NCBI GenBank assembly: GCA_951406725.2
Contig: OX597820.1
Coordinates: 67,394,001 to 67,458,000 of the forward strand
Length of the DNA stretch: 64,000 bases
Origin: Octopus vulgaris
Taxonomy: Eukaryota
Direction of reading: 5' to 3'
This document shows positions 38,046 to 52,497 of this stretch, piece after piece. Below the pieces are notes generated by a model that searched no databases, was not told the origin of the DNA, and saw only the letters and a program-made list of their open reading frames with translations. Within the stretch, counting starts at the first letter, position 1, and each line of letters starts with the position of its first letter. A program made the translations under genes and the position numbers.

Positions 38046-38659
38046 TATGAAAATCACAGCAACTTCCCTATAAGCCCATCTAGAACTATTAGCTTAGTCT
38101 GTATAATAATGTTCTCACAATGTACAAAAAATTGTATGCATATCTGTTTCATTGAGCTCCTTCATAAGACACTTTCCCTTTTACATTATTGCCCATCCTA
38201 ATATCTTCATTTTTGTAAAGAATTGTTCCTTATCTTCATTCCTCTTGAAAAAAATATATATATATGTATATATAGCTGTGACCGGTGAAATATCACTATT
38301 TCTGTAATGATTTGTACTGGTGGAAGGACCAATCCCCTCAAAAAATTCAAATCTGATGAATCTACTAGAGTAGATGTAAGCGCTAATATATGATTTATAA
38401 AAACGTGACATATTAATAAAAATCTGTAAATGTACAACCATCCAGATCTCCGAGTACCTTATTTTTTCCAATATATATATATATATAAAATAGGAGATGG
38501 AATGTGTCGTAGACTTTATTGGGTACAACACACTTTTCGACCCATTCTGGGTCTCTTTGGGTACATCAATAAAATGTCTCACTAGAGATCTCTTGAGTCG
38601 GCTTATGTATTCATTTATTTATTTTATATATCTTGTATGCTTTCTTTCATCATGTTAGT

Positions 38660-39120
38660 GTGAAATTTGAGACCTGTTGAGTCAAGTGCATGTACATGAA
38701 CATCGAACCAAATATCAATGGAAACAGTAGTTGTGATACCTGTGCCGGTGGCACATAAAAAGCACCATCCGAATGTGACCGATGCCAACCCCGCCTCGAA
38801 TGGCTTCTGTGCCGGTGGCACATAAAAAGCACCATCCGAATGTGGCCGATGCCAGCCCCGCCTCGACTGGCTTCTGTGCCGGTGGCACATAAAAAGCACC
38901 AACCGGTCATGGCCGGTGCCAGACCCTCTGGCACCTGTGCAGGTGGCACGTAAAAGCACCCACTACACTCGCGGAGTGGTTGGCGTTAGGAAGGGCATCC
39001 AGCTGTAGAAACACTGCCAGATCAGACTGGAGCCTGGAGCAGCCCCTAGCTCCCCAGACCCCGGGTCGAACCGTCCAACCCGTGCTAGCGCGGAAAACGG
39101 ACGTTAAACGATGATGATGA
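38660..39120 (+). mobile_element. RTE-clade LINE 3' end with tandem subrepeats
   Basis: Sense-orientation copy ending GGACGTTAAACGATGATGATG. Confidence 0.8.
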
Positions 39121-42100
39121 TTTAACAACTGTCTTCCATGCTGGCATGGATTGGATAGTTTGACAGGATCCAGCAAGCCATTGGGCTGTACCGAGTTCCA
39201 GTGTCAGCTTTGGTACATTTTCTATGGTTGGGTACCCTTCTTAATGCCAACCACATTACAAGTGTGCGCTAGGTACTTTTTTCTTATGCCACTTGCACTT
39301 GGGAGGTTTGCAAGTAAGTTGCATGACAAGAAAGAGAAAAGCCCCCACTGACTAGAGGAAGTGGGTGATGGCTTTACACCAGGTGCTGAGAGGCTAAAGT
39401 ATGATAGAGGGACAAGAACAGGTGTCTTGCTACAGAGGGGATATGTAACTTTCCTACATTATAAAGCTGAGTAGTAGTAATTAGGAAGGTGAAGATAAGA
39501 CTGTTGTGATGTTGGAATTTATTTGGAAAATTGTATCATTTCTTATATCCATTGTACAATTTGATGGTTGAGCTGGATATTAATTTGTATGCATCAATAT
39601 ATCTATTGTGGAGGTGCGTGACTTAGTGATTAAGGCGTTGGACTCATGATCATAAGATTGTGATTTCAATTCCTAAACCGGGCGATGTTTTGTGTTCTTG
39701 AGCAAAACACTTCATTTCATGTTGCTCCAGTCCACTCAGCTGGCAAAAATGAGTAATTCTGTGATGGACTGGCGTCCCATCCAGGTGGGGAATATATACG
39801 CCATTGAAACCAGGAAACCAGCCCTTATGAGCCTGACAAGGCATGAGAAGAAAACATCATCTCATATCTATCAACTTTTATTTGCAAATGCTGCAAAGTT
39901 CTTTATTACAGCTTATCACCATCTTGTCTTGATCTGTTGCCATCTGAGCTGTGAGGCTCAAAATCCCCACATTTGACCTCACCAATCTATATTCGCTTTT
40001 ACTTGTTTCAGTCATGTGACTGGCTATGCTGGAGCACCGCCTTTAGTCCAGCAAATCGACACCAGGACTTACTCTGTAAGCCCAGTACTTATTTTATCGG
40101 TCTCTTTTGCCGAACTGCTTAGTTACAGGGATATAAACACACCAGCATCAGTTGTCGAGCGATGTTGGGGAGGGGGACAAACACAGACACATAAGCATAT
40201 ACACACACATACATATATACGACGGGCTTCTTTAAGTTTCTGTCTACCAAATCCACTCACAAGGCTTTGATTGGCCCGAGGCTATAGTAGAAGACACTTG
40301 CCCAAGGTGCCATGCAGTGGAACTGAACCTGGAATCATGTGGTTCATAAGCAAGCTACTTACCACACAGCCACTCCTACGCCTACTTACTACACAGCCAC
40401 AGAGATCAATATTTTTATAAAGATGTATTTACATTTCTCAGTGATTTATTTACAAATAGAAACAATGCTAAACCATTTGAAATTGAACCTAGAAAGTTCC
40501 CCTCCAAAACAGAAGTCCCAGGCTAGGTTGTTTGTGGAAGACCAGTGGTTGCCCATACATACCAGTTTCCTCTCTTCACACCACTGATGTTATCCCAGGG
40601 AAAGGCAATAGTCTGATACAGCATGGCACCAGTGATGTTGCTTCTCATTTCTATAGCTGAGTGAACTGGAGCAATGTGAAATAAAGTGCCTTGCTCAAGA
40701 ACACACTACACAGCTGAGTCCAGGAATCAAACTCACTACCTCGTGATTGTGAGCTCAGTGCTCTAACCACTGAGACATATGCCTTCACTGTCAAATGTAA
40801 TACTTATTTATTCACATCATCATCGTTTAACGTCCGTTCTCCAAGCTAGCATGGGTTGGACGGTTCGACCGGAGATCTGGGAAGCCAGGAGGCTGCACCA
40901 GGCTCCAGTCTGATCTGGCAGTATTTCTACAGCTGGATGTCCTTCCTAACGCCAACCGCTCTGTGAGTGTAGTGGGTACTTTTTACGTACCAGGCGAGGC
41001 TGGCATCGACCACGTTTGGATGGTGCTTTTTATGTGCCACCAGCACAGGGATCACAACTACAGTTTCCATTGATTTTTGATATTGGTGTACTTGCCTCAA
41101 TGGATCTCCTCAAGCACAGGGTCGAAACGGTGTTTCTTTACTTGCCACCTGCACACGAGTCAGTCCAGCGGCCCTGGCAACTGCCGGGTGCCAGTCATCG
41201 GATTGGTTCAATTTCGATTCCAATTTCACTTGCCCCAAATCCTGCACTATCTCATAGCTTCAAGATTTTCATGACATCATCATCATTTAACTTCCATTGT
41301 CCATGCTTGCATGGGTTGGATGGTTTGACTGGGCTGGCCCGCTGGAAGATTGCACCAAGCTCCAGTCTGATTTGGCACGGTTTTCTATGGCTGGATACCC
41401 TTTCTAACGCCAACCACTCTGAGAGTGTAATGGATGCTTTTACGTGTCATATGTGTGACACCAGTATCTTCCACAACTGTAATTTTGCTCAGTTAGATGG
41501 CTCTTCTCAAGCACAACATAATACCAAAGGTCTTGGTCATTGCCTCTATAAGGCCCAACACTTGAAAGGAACTCAGCCACTTTGCCTCCATGAGGCCCAG
41601 AGGGTAGGTGTCAAAGGCAGGATCTGGCCAGTTTGAACGTAAAACGGGTGGAATACTATGGATGGTTTAAATGCTAAAGGATTAAGATAAAATTAAATTT
41701 TCTATGGATTAACAATTATCCTCCTGTTTGGTTACAAATACAGTTAAATGCATGTTTTGTTACCATTACCCTGCTGCTATTATTTAGAATGAATTATGTC
41801 ATAACATTTTAAACCTTATTACAATATTAAATTAAGAGGAAGATTATCAAAAGGTATATTTTTCTATGTCAATAATTCTACTAATAGTATACACAGCACT
41901 ATATATACATATATTCATGCAGGTGAGATGACATATCACTGAAATCTATTGAGATATTCTATTACAATTATTTATCTCACTACATCTACGTTCACTGTGA
42001 AGAAAAAAGAAAGAGGCTCTCATCGTCATTTAACAGCCACTTTTCCATCGTTTAGACAATTTATGGAGCAGATTTTCTGTGGCCAGATGCCCTTCCTGTT

Positions 42101-42942
42101 GCTAACCATCATGTGTTTCCAAGTAAGGTAATATTTCCCCATACCCAGACACGTTTTTCATTGAAGACTAAAAAAAAAACAATGTTAGTGATGCTCATTC
42201 AAACACAGGATGTCAAGACAAGTATACATATAAACATACACTCATGCTAGCATGGAAGGCAGACATTTAAACAACGATGATGATACATATATGACAGGCT
42301 TCTTTCAGTTTCCATCTATCAAATTCACTTACAAGGCTTTGCTTGGCTCAGAGCTATGGTTGCAGACTCTTGCCCAAGGTGCCATGTAGTGAAGCTAACT
42401 CGAAACCATATGGTTGGGAAGCAAGCTACTTAACCATACAGCCAAACTTGGCTCTCATATCACCATCTTCGTTAAACGTCCACCTTCCATATATATATAT
42501 ATATATATGCATATGTGTGTGTGTATATTCCTGATAAAAAGCTACAAACTCACCACTATCTAATATTAGTGTCCATTCAAAAGCATAAAAAAATAATGTA
42601 AAACTATAGTACATTATTAGTCTGTCTTAATTAATAAAAAAAATTAGTTGCGAGTTGTCTTTAGCGGTTTTTAAACAGTATATAACATATCACATTTCAA
42701 CTAAATTTTTATAAAACTATTTACCTTATATATACAGGAATGGCTGTGAGGTAAGTAGCTTGCTTACCAACCACATGGTTCTGGGTTCAGTCCCACTGCA
42801 TGGCACTTTTGGCAAGTGTCTTCTACTATAGCCTCGGGCCAACCAAAGCCTTGTGACTGGATTTGGTAGATGGAAACTGAAAGAAGCCCGTTGTATATAT
42901 GTATATGTGTGTGTGTTTGTCCCCCCAACATATATATATATA

Positions 42943-43329
42943 CTAGCAGTATCGCCCGGCGTTTCTCGGGTTTGTAAGGGAAATAACAATGTAAGCATTT
43001 TTAGAGATGTAAAGTATAATAGCCATCTCAATATGGCTAACCACAAAGGGGCGGTGTTACTGTAGCTTTTTACGTTCTGAGATTTAATAATAAATTTTTA
43101 GAGAGTTACTTCCCTTATATATGCCAAAAATGCATTAAAAAATGGGAAAAATTGATGGTAAATTTTTTTTAAATCGTAGACTCATCGTAGACGCGCGCTA
43201 ATACCCAGAAGGGCTCGATATGAATCACGACTATAAGATTAGTTAAACTGCTCCGCAAAATGTGGGAGTAGTTAGGAATCTAAATCGTAGGAGACAGACA
43301 GCACACAACCTCTCTTTTATATATAAAGA
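42943..43329 (-). mobile_element. Non-autonomous Helitron
   Basis: Minus strand begins A|TCTTTATATATAAAAG and ends with the hairpin CCCGAGAAACGCCGGG plus ..CTAG|T. No TSD. A similar 3' end occurs at 7165. Confidence 0.75.
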
Positions 43330-44311
43330 TATAAGTAGGAATTTCATTTGGTATACCAAATGTAAACTGAATACACAAGATGTACTATGGAATAAAAAAG
43401 CAAACCAACCAAAGACTGTAGATGCAGAGGAGCAATAAGCCTAAGGGCATAGTGCCCTGAAGATTCCCTAGATGTAGTTGATAGCTTCTGTTACCTTGGT
43501 AGCATTATTAGTAGTGGTGTTGGATATTCTGAACATATAGAAGCCAGAGTAAGGATGGGTTGAAAAAAGATCTCAGCCCTTTTATCTCATCATCATCATC
43601 ATCGTTTAACGTCCATTTTCTATGCTAGCATGGGTTGGATGGTTCGACCTCGGATTTTGGGAAACCAGGAGGCTGCTCCAGGCTCCAGTCTGATCTGGCA
43701 GTGTTTCTACAGCTGGATGCCCTTCCTAATGCCAACCACTCTGTGAGTGTAGAGGGTGCTTTTTACGTGCCACTGGCACAAAAAGCAGATTGTGTGTATA
43801 GACTACGATATCTCTTAGTGGTAGTTTTAACTTGCGAATTATGAAAATTACCTGAAAACTACATTTACGAAAGAAATTTCAAAAAGATCAGTCACAGGGA
43901 ATCAAACAGAAATTATTCAACACTAACAACAAAAACTAGCAGGAATTCTAGATTACTTTTTATAAAATGAACTGTAAGTTATAATTATTTGTTAGATGAA
44001 TATTTTGATGCGCTATGTTGTCTCAGAAGACTCTAGATCAGACAGGTGCAACTCTTGAGAGGAGGGCTGCATGAAATATGATTCAACATACGACTAAAAA
44101 TAAATTGAAGGCAATTTTAATAAACGTTCTTTTCCTCGCAAAATCAGGTGTGCCATTCAGAAAGTACTGCAATTTGCCCATGACTCTTCTAGATCTAGAA
44201 ATTGACAAATCTGTGCAGACAAATTTCTTTCTATTCTTTTCCACCTTCCAAAAGAGAAAGCGAGAATTAACTCCCCTGATATCGATTCTTCCAATAAACA
44301 CTGGTACCACG

Positions 44312-44337
44312 TCACTTCCGTTTTTTTGGCTTCCGGT
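44312..44337 (+). promoter_or_regulatory. Tandem ETS-like motif, putative promoter of ZNF paralog 2
   Basis: TCACTTCC-N10-CTTCCGGT. Confidence 0.55.
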
Positions 44338-45886
44338 AACAATATATTATCATCTTTGAGAATCAATAAATGCACAGCTTATTAATTGAAAACCAAATAC
44401 AAATTATTGACTATAATTAGCTTTTGGGTGGTCACAGATGTGGTATCGTTTCGGTTTGACCGGCAGTTTTTAAAAATAATTTCCACGTAAGTAAACACAT
44501 TTAAACTTCGTATACTGGTAGAACACGCATTCGAGCCAAAACGAAAGATTGCCCAATGGCGATGCTTCGGTATAGGTACACACGTGACTTTGTTTACATT
44601 TCTGAAGATAACAGAAAGGATCTTTTCGGTTTGAACGCTGCACATCAGTCGTTAATTTTATCTTAACCAAACAAAATATAGCCGGGGCAATCTTTCGTTT
44701 TGGCTCGAATACGTGTGCGAGTTATATCGAAGAATAGCCTTCAAGAGAATTTCTCCGAATAATCAAACACCCCCCCCCGCTGTTAATAAGTCACTGTCAC
44801 TTCAAAAAAGATATAGATACACATTAAAATTTCCCTATCAGACGTTAGATAAAATATCAGTAAATGTCTTTGTCTTTGTGATTATTGTAAGAATTCATTC
44901 AAAAGTTATTATGACACTGTTGTTCTCTTATACGTTGAACTTGTTTTGCATTTTAACTACATTGATATATGTAAGTATTAACTATATCGTATTATCGATT
45001 CAATATCTTTTTCTCCTTTTAGCCTTCAGTTGTTTAGTTTCAGGTCAGCATCCCCTACTTTATATATTTATATATATATATATATATATAGGTATTACTA
45101 GCGAATCCTAAAAATGTATGGTTCTTTAGGAGCCATACTGTTTCATTTTGAGAATGGTTGCATTGTGGTACAGAATCTGAAAAAAAATCTACCTGTAGTT
45201 TGAAGATTAAAAAACTTCCAAGATTGAAATATAATTTTACAGTAAATTATAAAGTGAATTTCAATTGTTCAGCTAAAGGTTTAAAACTACAGTTAATCTG
45301 TAGAAATGTAAAAATTTCAATATTGAATCTCTGCCTTTTAAATATCCTTTATCTTTTACACTGTTTTTCTTTATTATTTCAGATTATTAGATGGCACTGA
45401 TGTAAAATATATTTTCTCTTCAAAGCATCAACAATATTTATCATCCAAAAATGTAACAAAGAACAATCTCCCACTCGCTTGTTTATATAAATCTATTTTT
45501 GAACTTCCATGAAATATTCTATGCGAACTGAGAATATTAGCAAAATTTCTTAACTTCACTACCTGGAATATGAACAAAATAATTTTGCATTGTAATTGAA
45601 CTCAGCTAAATTACATCATGAAAATATATCTGGTTTGTCTTTAAGAAGTTACATCTATGGATTTGCCTTGATAAATGGTTTTACTTTAATGTTGCTCCAT
45701 CTTGGAATAATTGTCTATGAAATGATAGTAATATAATCAATCATCTTGTAAGTAGCTGTTTGCAGTTTCTTTAGATATTGACAACTATCACAGCTTATAG
45801 AAATATTGCTGAGGAAATATTTGTTAGAAAACAAATTTTAAAATCTAACATAAGAGTGTCCATATATGTTGTGAAAGAAGAAAATT

Positions 45887-47887
45887 ATGGAAACAGAATT
45901 ATGTGAGAACCAGGTTAAGTATAAAACATTGTCTAAAAGGATTGATTTCCCTGATGAGATACATAAACAGTCAGGAAAAACATCATACTTCTGTGATATC
46001 TGTAAAAACTCATTCTCTAAAAAGAGTAACTTAACCAGACACAAACGTATTCATACAGGAGAGAAACCTTATCGCTGTCATATCTGTGGCAAATCATTCT
46101 CTACAATAGTTCACTTAACTTCTCACAAACGTATTCACACAGGAGAGAGGCCATTTCATTGTGATGTATGTGGTAAATCATTTGCTATAGATAGTCACTT
46201 AACTATTCACAAACGCATTCATACAGGAGAGAAACCATATCACTGTGAGATCTGTGGTAGATCATTCTCTCAAACAAGTCACTTAACTACCCACATACGT
46301 ATTCATACAGGAGAGAAGCCATATCGCTGTGATATCTGTGGTAAATCATTCTCTGTAACATGTAGCTTAACTAAACACAAACGCATTCATACAGGAGAGA
46401 AACCATATCACTGTGATATCTGTGGTAAATCATTCTCTATAGACAGTCACTTAACCACTCACAAACGCATTCATACAGGAGAGAAACCATATCTTTGTGA
46501 TGTCTGTGGTAAATCATTCTCTCGCAGAAGTTATTTGACATCCCACAAACTTATTCATTCAGGAGATAAACCATATCACTGTGATATCTGTGACAAATCA
46601 TTCTCTAAAAATGGTGACTTAACTACTCACAAGCATATTCATACAAGAGGCAAATCATATTGCTGTGATATCTGTGGTAAATCATTTTTCCGAAAGAATT
46701 CCCTCACTTTTCACAAATGTATCCATTTAGTAGACAGACCTTATAACATTAATATTTATGGTAAATCATTCTCTACAATAGTTCACTCACCTTCTTACAA
46801 ACGAATTCATACAGGAGAGAAGATATTTCGCTGCGATAAATCATTCCCTTTAGATAGTCACTTAACTCAAAAACGTCTTCATACAGGAAAAAAATCATAT
46901 CACTGTGAGATATGCGGTAAATCATTCTCTCAAACAAATCACCTAACTACTCATATACGTGTTCATACAGGAGAGAAGCCATATGACTGTGATATCTGTG
47001 GTAAATCATTCTCCGTAGTATATAGCTTGACTAAACACAAACGCATTCATGCAGGGAAGCTATACCTTTGTGATCTCTCTGCTAAATCAGTCTCTCAAAA
47101 AAGTTACCTGCCTTCTAACAAACACATTCATACACCGGATAAGTCACATCGGTGTGACATTTGTGCAGCATCATTCTCTCAGAATCATGATTTAGCAACT
47201 CACAAATGTCTTCATACAGGAGATAAACCATATCACTATGATAAATCACTTTCAAAAAGGGATTCCTTCACTTCCAATAAACACATGCATACAGGAGAGA
47301 ACTCCCGTCACAGTGGTAAATTATTAATTACAACTGTTCGCTCAACTTCTCGTAAACGCATTCATGCAAGAGATAGACCATTTCACTGTGAGATCTGTGA
47401 TAAGTCGTTTTCTGTTGAAAGTCACTTAACTATTCACAGGCGAATCCATACAGGAGAGAAACCATATCACTGTGAGATTTGTGGGAAATCCTTCTCTCAG
47501 ACAAATCATTTGACTACCCACATACGTATTCATACAGGAGAAAAACCATATCATTGTGATGTTTGTGGTAAATCATTCTCTGTAACATGTAGCTTAACTA
47601 AGCACAAACGCATTCATACAGGAGAGAAGCCATATCATTGTGATATCTGTGGTAAATCATTCTCTATAGACAGTCACTTAACCACTCACAAACGCATTCA
47701 TACAGGAGAGAAGCCGTATCTTTGTGATGTCTGTGGTAAATCATTCTCTCGCAGAAGTTATTTGACATCCCACGAACGTATTCATTCAGGAGATAAACCA
47801 TATCACTGTGATATCTGTGATAAATCATTTTCTGAAAAAAGCAACTTAACTACTCACAAATGGATTCATGCAGGAGAGATGTCATAA
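45887..47887 (+). CDS. C2H2 zinc-finger protein, paralog 2 (18 intact and 5 degenerate fingers)
   Basis: 666-aa ORF. Candidate acceptor ends at 45382 and candidate donor GTAAGT is at 44971. Confidence 0.93.
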   Translation: METELCENQVKYKTLSKRIDFPDEIHKQSGKTSYFCDICKNSFSKKSNLTRHKRIHTGEKPYRCHICGKSFSTIVHLTSHKRIHTGERPFHCDVCGKSFAIDSHLTIHKRIHTGEKPYHCEICGRSFSQTSHLTTHIRIHTGEKPYRCDICGKSFSVTCSLTKHKRIHTGEKPYHCDICGKSFSIDSHLTTHKRIHTGEKPYLCDVCGKSFSRRSYLTSHKLIHSGDKPYHCDICDKSFSKNGDLTTHKHIHTRGKSYCCDICGKSFFRKNSLTFHKCIHLVDRPYNINIYGKSFSTIVHSPSYKRIHTGEKIFRCDKSFPLDSHLTQKRLHTGKKSYHCEICGKSFSQTNHLTTHIRVHTGEKPYDCDICGKSFSVVYSLTKHKRIHAGKLYLCDLSAKSVSQKSYLPSNKHIHTPDKSHRCDICAASFSQNHDLATHKCLHTGDKPYHYDKSLSKRDSFTSNKHMHTGENSRHSGKLLITTVRSTSRKRIHARDRPFHCEICDKSFSVESHLTIHRRIHTGEKPYHCEICGKSFSQTNHLTTHIRIHTGEKPYHCDVCGKSFSVTCSLTKHKRIHTGEKPYHCDICGKSFSIDSHLTTHKRIHTGEKPYLCDVCGKSFSRRSYLTSHERIHSGDKPYHCDICDKSFSEKSNLTTHKWIHAGEMS

Positions 47888-48083
47888 CATTGGTATTAAG
47901 TAAATCGTACCTTCTAAAACATGACTGGGACATAAGTAACGTCACACAGGAGAAAAGTCATAATTACCTTCATTGAAATCATTCTAACAAGATACATCTG
48001 ACATGCTTTTGATGAAGAAGAATAATTGCACCATTTTGTTGTTTTGTATGAAAAATATATTTAACCACAGGAGAGAAGACATA

Positions 48084-48242
48084 CCGTATTTTAACATGTA
48101 TAAGGAACCTTTTTTTGTCAAAAATTAGGTTAAAAAAAATGGGAGTTTCTTATACATTGGATAGTATTATGATCCTTACAAAACCTTTTTTCCAAATTTT
48201 AAGCCCCTAAAATTAAGGGGTTCCTTATACTTTAAAATACGG
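48084..48242. mobile_element. Tc1/mariner-pogo type MITE just downstream of ZNF paralog 2
   Basis: TA|CCGTATTTTAA ... TTAAAATACGG|TA. Confidence 0.75.
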
Positions 48243-49216
48243 TAATTATATGATAACTCCTCTACACAATTTTAAATAATTACAGATATATGATAATTAC
48301 ATTGATGTAATTAACTTATTGGTGTTATTTTAAATAAAATCATTCTTTTAGAAATTTCAAGAAAGGATAAAATATACTATTTATTTATTTGACTTTATGG
48401 GCAAACAGCTCTGATATTTATTTCTCCTAAATCAAAGATTACATTGCTGTATAGATTATGTTCCAAATAAAATTTAAAATATTTTATATCATTGAGAAGA
48501 TGGGATCTTGAATGTTTATTCTGTAGCTATGTGTGCATTTTTTGTGCATGTTATGATGTTTGTGTATGTTATACTGTAAAATTTATAGTATGTGTGTGTG
48601 TGTATATGTAGAAAGAGAAAGAGAGGCACAGACAAGGCTGTGTGGTAAGAAATTTATTTCCCAACTACAAGGGTTCAGTCCCACTGTATGGCACTTTGGG
48701 CCAGTGTTTTCTATATCCTTGGGCCAACCAAATCCTTATGAATGAATTTGGTAGGTAGAAACTGAAGATGTCCATCATATGTGCGAAACTGGTACTTTAT
48801 TTATCGACCCCGAAAGGATGAAAGGCAAAGTCGACCACAGCGGAATTTGAACTCAGAACGTAACGACAGACGAAATACCGCTAAGCATTTAGTCCGGCGC
48901 ACTAACGTATCTGCCAGCTCGCCGCCTTAATTATGATAGAAACTAATTAATAGTTTCTATCATAATAAAATGTCCAATTAATTTCAATTATTTACTTATG
49001 GATATGGTGTAAAGTCCAACCAATTATTGCCTGTAATGGGATTGTATTACCAAATATGATGAATATTATTTTCAGAATTTTCAATGGCAATACCATATGA
49101 TAAGGAAATCAGAAACAGCTGTTAGATGGGATACAGTCTATTTGTATTTAATTAAAAAGTTATAATTGATGCTAGTCAATTGTTGCTGATCAATATTTCC
49201 CCATTTTCTGTGTACT

Positions 49217-50280
49217 TCATCATCATCATTGTTTAACATCTGTTTTCCAAGCTGGCATGGGTTGGACGGTTCAACTGGGGTCTGGGAAGCCAGGAGGCTG
49301 CACCAGGCTCCAGTCTGATCTGGCAGTGTTTCTGCAGCTGGATGCCCTTCCTAACACCAACCACTCTGAGAGTGTAGTGGGTGCTTTTTATGTACCACCG
49401 GCACAGGGGCCAGAGGAGGCTGGCAATGACCAAGATCGGTTGGTGCTTTTTACGTGCCACCAGCACGGAAGCCAGTCACGGCGGTACTGGCATTGACCAT
49501 GTTCGGATGGTGCTTTTTACGTGCCACCGGCATGAGGATCACAACTACAATTTCCATTTGATTTTGGTTTTGATGTCGATGTACTTGACTCAGTAGGTCT
49601 CCTCAAGCACAGCATGTCACCCTACGATCCAAGGTACTTTTGAGTGGGCTGGTTATGCGAAACTGGTGTAGGTTACAGCTGTGAACTCACTTTATTTGCT
49701 GGGTCTTCTCAGTCATAGCATATCTCCAGGGGTCTCGGTCTTTTGTCATTGCCTCTGTGAGGCCCAATGTTCGAAAGTCATGCTTCACCACCTCATCCCA
49801 TGTCTTCCTGGGTCTCTCTATAATCCAGATTCCTTCAACTGTTTGGGAGTGGCACTTCACACAGCTCTCCTCATCCATCCATAGTACATGACCATACCAA
49901 TGCTAATGTCTCTCTTGCATGCCACATCCGGTGCTTCTCATGTCCAACATTTCTCTCAGGGCACCTACACTCTGTCATGTGTGCACACTGACATTACACA
50001 TCCAGCGGATCATCCTAGCGTCATTTCTTTCAAGCCTACGCATGTCTTCAGCAGTCACTGCTCATGTTTCACTGCCGTGAAGCATGGCAGTTCATACACA
50101 TGCATCATACAATCTACTTTTCACTCTTAGCAAGAGGTCCTTTGCACCAGTAGGAATAGAAGCTTTCTGAACTTTGCCTAGGCTATTCTTATTCTAGTAG
50201 TAACACTCTCTGAGCATGCACTCTCACTACAGACTTGGTCACCTAGGTAGCAGAAGCTATCAACTACTACTAGTTTCTCC
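49217..50280 (-). mobile_element. RTE-clade LINE 3' kilobase
   Basis: RT C-terminus ERPRKTWDEVVKHDFRTLGLTEAMTKDRDPWR joined to the repeated 3'UTR and (GAT)n tail. Confidence 0.85.
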
Positions 50281-50423
50281 CCTTATATGTATATCCTATC
50301 ATGAGAATGATTGTGTTTGGGAGATGAATATAATTTGTTTATATTTATATTTATAGCATGAGTCCATCATCATAATGTGATAGTTATGCTGGATGTTAAT
50401 TTGCATGTGTCCGCTTATACTTG

Positions 50424-50900
50424 TACAGGATGGGACAGAGAAAAATTTTTTTAAATCATTGATTTTAGCTGCAAACAAATTTTATGGACATCAATGTGTT
50501 TGTATTGAATTAGCATTTGTCAAAATCAAGTGTGGAAAGCAACATCCATCATGTGGTGTCCGTTTTCATTGATGCATTTCGGAAAGCATTCTTGGGAGTT
50601 GGCCTCCACTCTCTCCAGCATTGCTTTGTGTGTAGTCTCATGGTTTCAACTGTTGCCAGTGACCAATTTGTACGGTTGGAAATGCAGGTCTTCATACATA
50701 ATTTGCCTTACCGATACTAAGTTCAGTGGTATGCCTCCAAGCAGAGTGATTTGGACTCCGTATCAAAGCTTGTCTGACACGTTCCACATTTTCTGAGGTT
50801 CGTACCATTCGTGGTGTCCCCACTGGTCCCTATTCATTAGTGTACCTCATGTACGAAGTGCATTTACCCAATGTAAGATTGTGTTACGGATGGGAACAGC
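50424..50900 (-). mobile_element. IS630-Tc1-mariner transposase relic
   Basis: Minus strand SGTPR..ENVERVRQALIRSP, resembling the HTH region of Tc1/mariner-superfamily transposases. Confidence 0.5.
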
Positions 50901-51159
50901 CTGATTTTGGTGGATGTTGAAGTGGTGCTGAAACTAGCTGTGACAGACTCATTCTTCATGTAACTGTCGTAGGCAAACATATGATGCTCTATCGTCCACA
51001 GCACCATGGCTTCACCTGAAAGGAAAAAAAAATGGTAAGACACCACGGACTGAATGGTACCTGTTGGACATATGTCCCTCCCACTGAGGCTGATTAATAG
51101 CCATTTCAAAAACGTCCATCCTCTGCCACACTCTGTATGAGATGGAAAGGTTTATGACA

Positions 51160-51457
51160 CAGGTTTTTTCCTCTTTCTCAAAGTCTGTCATTACTTTCGA
51201 GACAGTACATCTTGATACACCAAACGTTTTGGCTGTTTTCATTATGCTAGCACCTGCCATACAAGCACCAACAATTTGACCTCTTTGAAAGGCCAACAGA
51301 TCTGTCATTTTAATGAATTTTAATTACCTTTTTCTGATGATATGTGAAAAGAAACAGCAATTTTAGCAAAACATATTAAATAAACAAGCTTTTGACGGTT
51401 TTATAGATATTTCAATATTATGGTGCTAGGTGTTTCCATTATTTTGTCCAACCCCTG
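51160..51457 (-). mobile_element. Tc1 element 5' end
   Basis: TA|CAGGGGTTGGACAAAATAATGGAAACACC TIR. ORF MTDLLAFQRGQIVGACMAGASIMKTAKTFGVSRCTVSKV (HTH). Confidence 0.8.
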
Positions 51458-52374
51458 TACATATATGTGAATGTATGTACAGAAATATCATCATCATCGT
51501 CGTTTAACATCCGTTTTCCATGCTAGCACGGGTTGGACGGTTCGACTGGGGTCTGGGAAGCCAGGAGGCTGCACCAGGCTCCAGTCTGATCGGGCAGTGT
51601 TTCTACAGCTGGATGCCCTTCCTAATGCCAACCACTCCGTGAGTGTAGCGGGTGCTTTTTACATGCCAGGGGAGGCTGGTAGTGGCCACGATTGGTTGGT
51701 GCCTTTTACGTGCCACCAGCACAGAAGCCAGTCAGGGTGGCACTGGCATTGGCCGTTGCCAAATATGTATATAAATAATTAGTATAAGGTGTGAATTCAT
51801 AGAATTGTTCAGTTATCCAGTGTATATTTATTAATACAAATATGTACGTATTTCTTTTGATTCAAGATGGTTAAACCTCAGCAACCTTTAGAAAACTTTG
51901 AGATAACTGAATCCCACCATGGTTTTTTTTTTAAACTAAGGAATGCATATATCGGTATAGGATGTCACAAAAATGTAAACAAACATGAAATACGAAAATA
52001 TCGTTGGGTACGCAACAAACAAGAGAAATGAATGGAAAACAAAAGAAGTAACATTAAAAACGACCCTTCATCGTCTGTACCGATATATGCATAGCTATAT
52101 ACATATATTGGCCTGCTCGCTTAGCCAACGGGGTGGCGTCATTTGAAGGCTAAAACTGTGCGAAGCGCATTGTACCAGCGATGTGTAGCAACATCTGATA
52201 GCCTGGTCGGTCACGGTGATATACATATATACGTATGTACATACGTGTGTCTATATATATATGTATTATATTATAGGAGTGGCTGTGTGGAAAGTAGTTT
52301 GCTTACGAACCACATGGTTCCGAGTTCAGTCCCACTGAGTGGCATCGATAAAATTACAGAGTAACACCCGCATA

Positions 52375-52497
52375 ATCTCTGAAGAGGCCTTGGGATATTT
52401 TTGTGTCTCATTTATAACTACATATTAACCTATCACACATGGCTAATATGAGCATAATGAGGCACCCATATCTGCATGGCTGAAACAGCTGTAAGAT
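52375..52497 (+). ncRNA. Hammerhead-ribozyme-like fold with long loop 2
   Basis: ATCT-CTGAAGA-GGCC-(~88 nt)-GGCT-GAAA-CAGCTG-TA-AGAT. Confidence 0.55.

Noticed and set aside
38138-38175. Hammerhead-like CTTATGA..GAAAC on the minus strand next to the Penelope relic
   Set aside because: The core is mutated and the stems do not pair convincingly.
38735-38960. Regularly spaced repeats resembling a CRISPR array
   Set aside because: The 'spacers' are homologous to each other, there are no cas genes, and the context is a eukaryotic LINE 3'UTR.
51940-52095. Segment with GATGAAGGG on the minus strand and a short inverted repeat, similar to a PLE terminal repeat
   Set aside because: No matching GAAA half-core or stems could be found.
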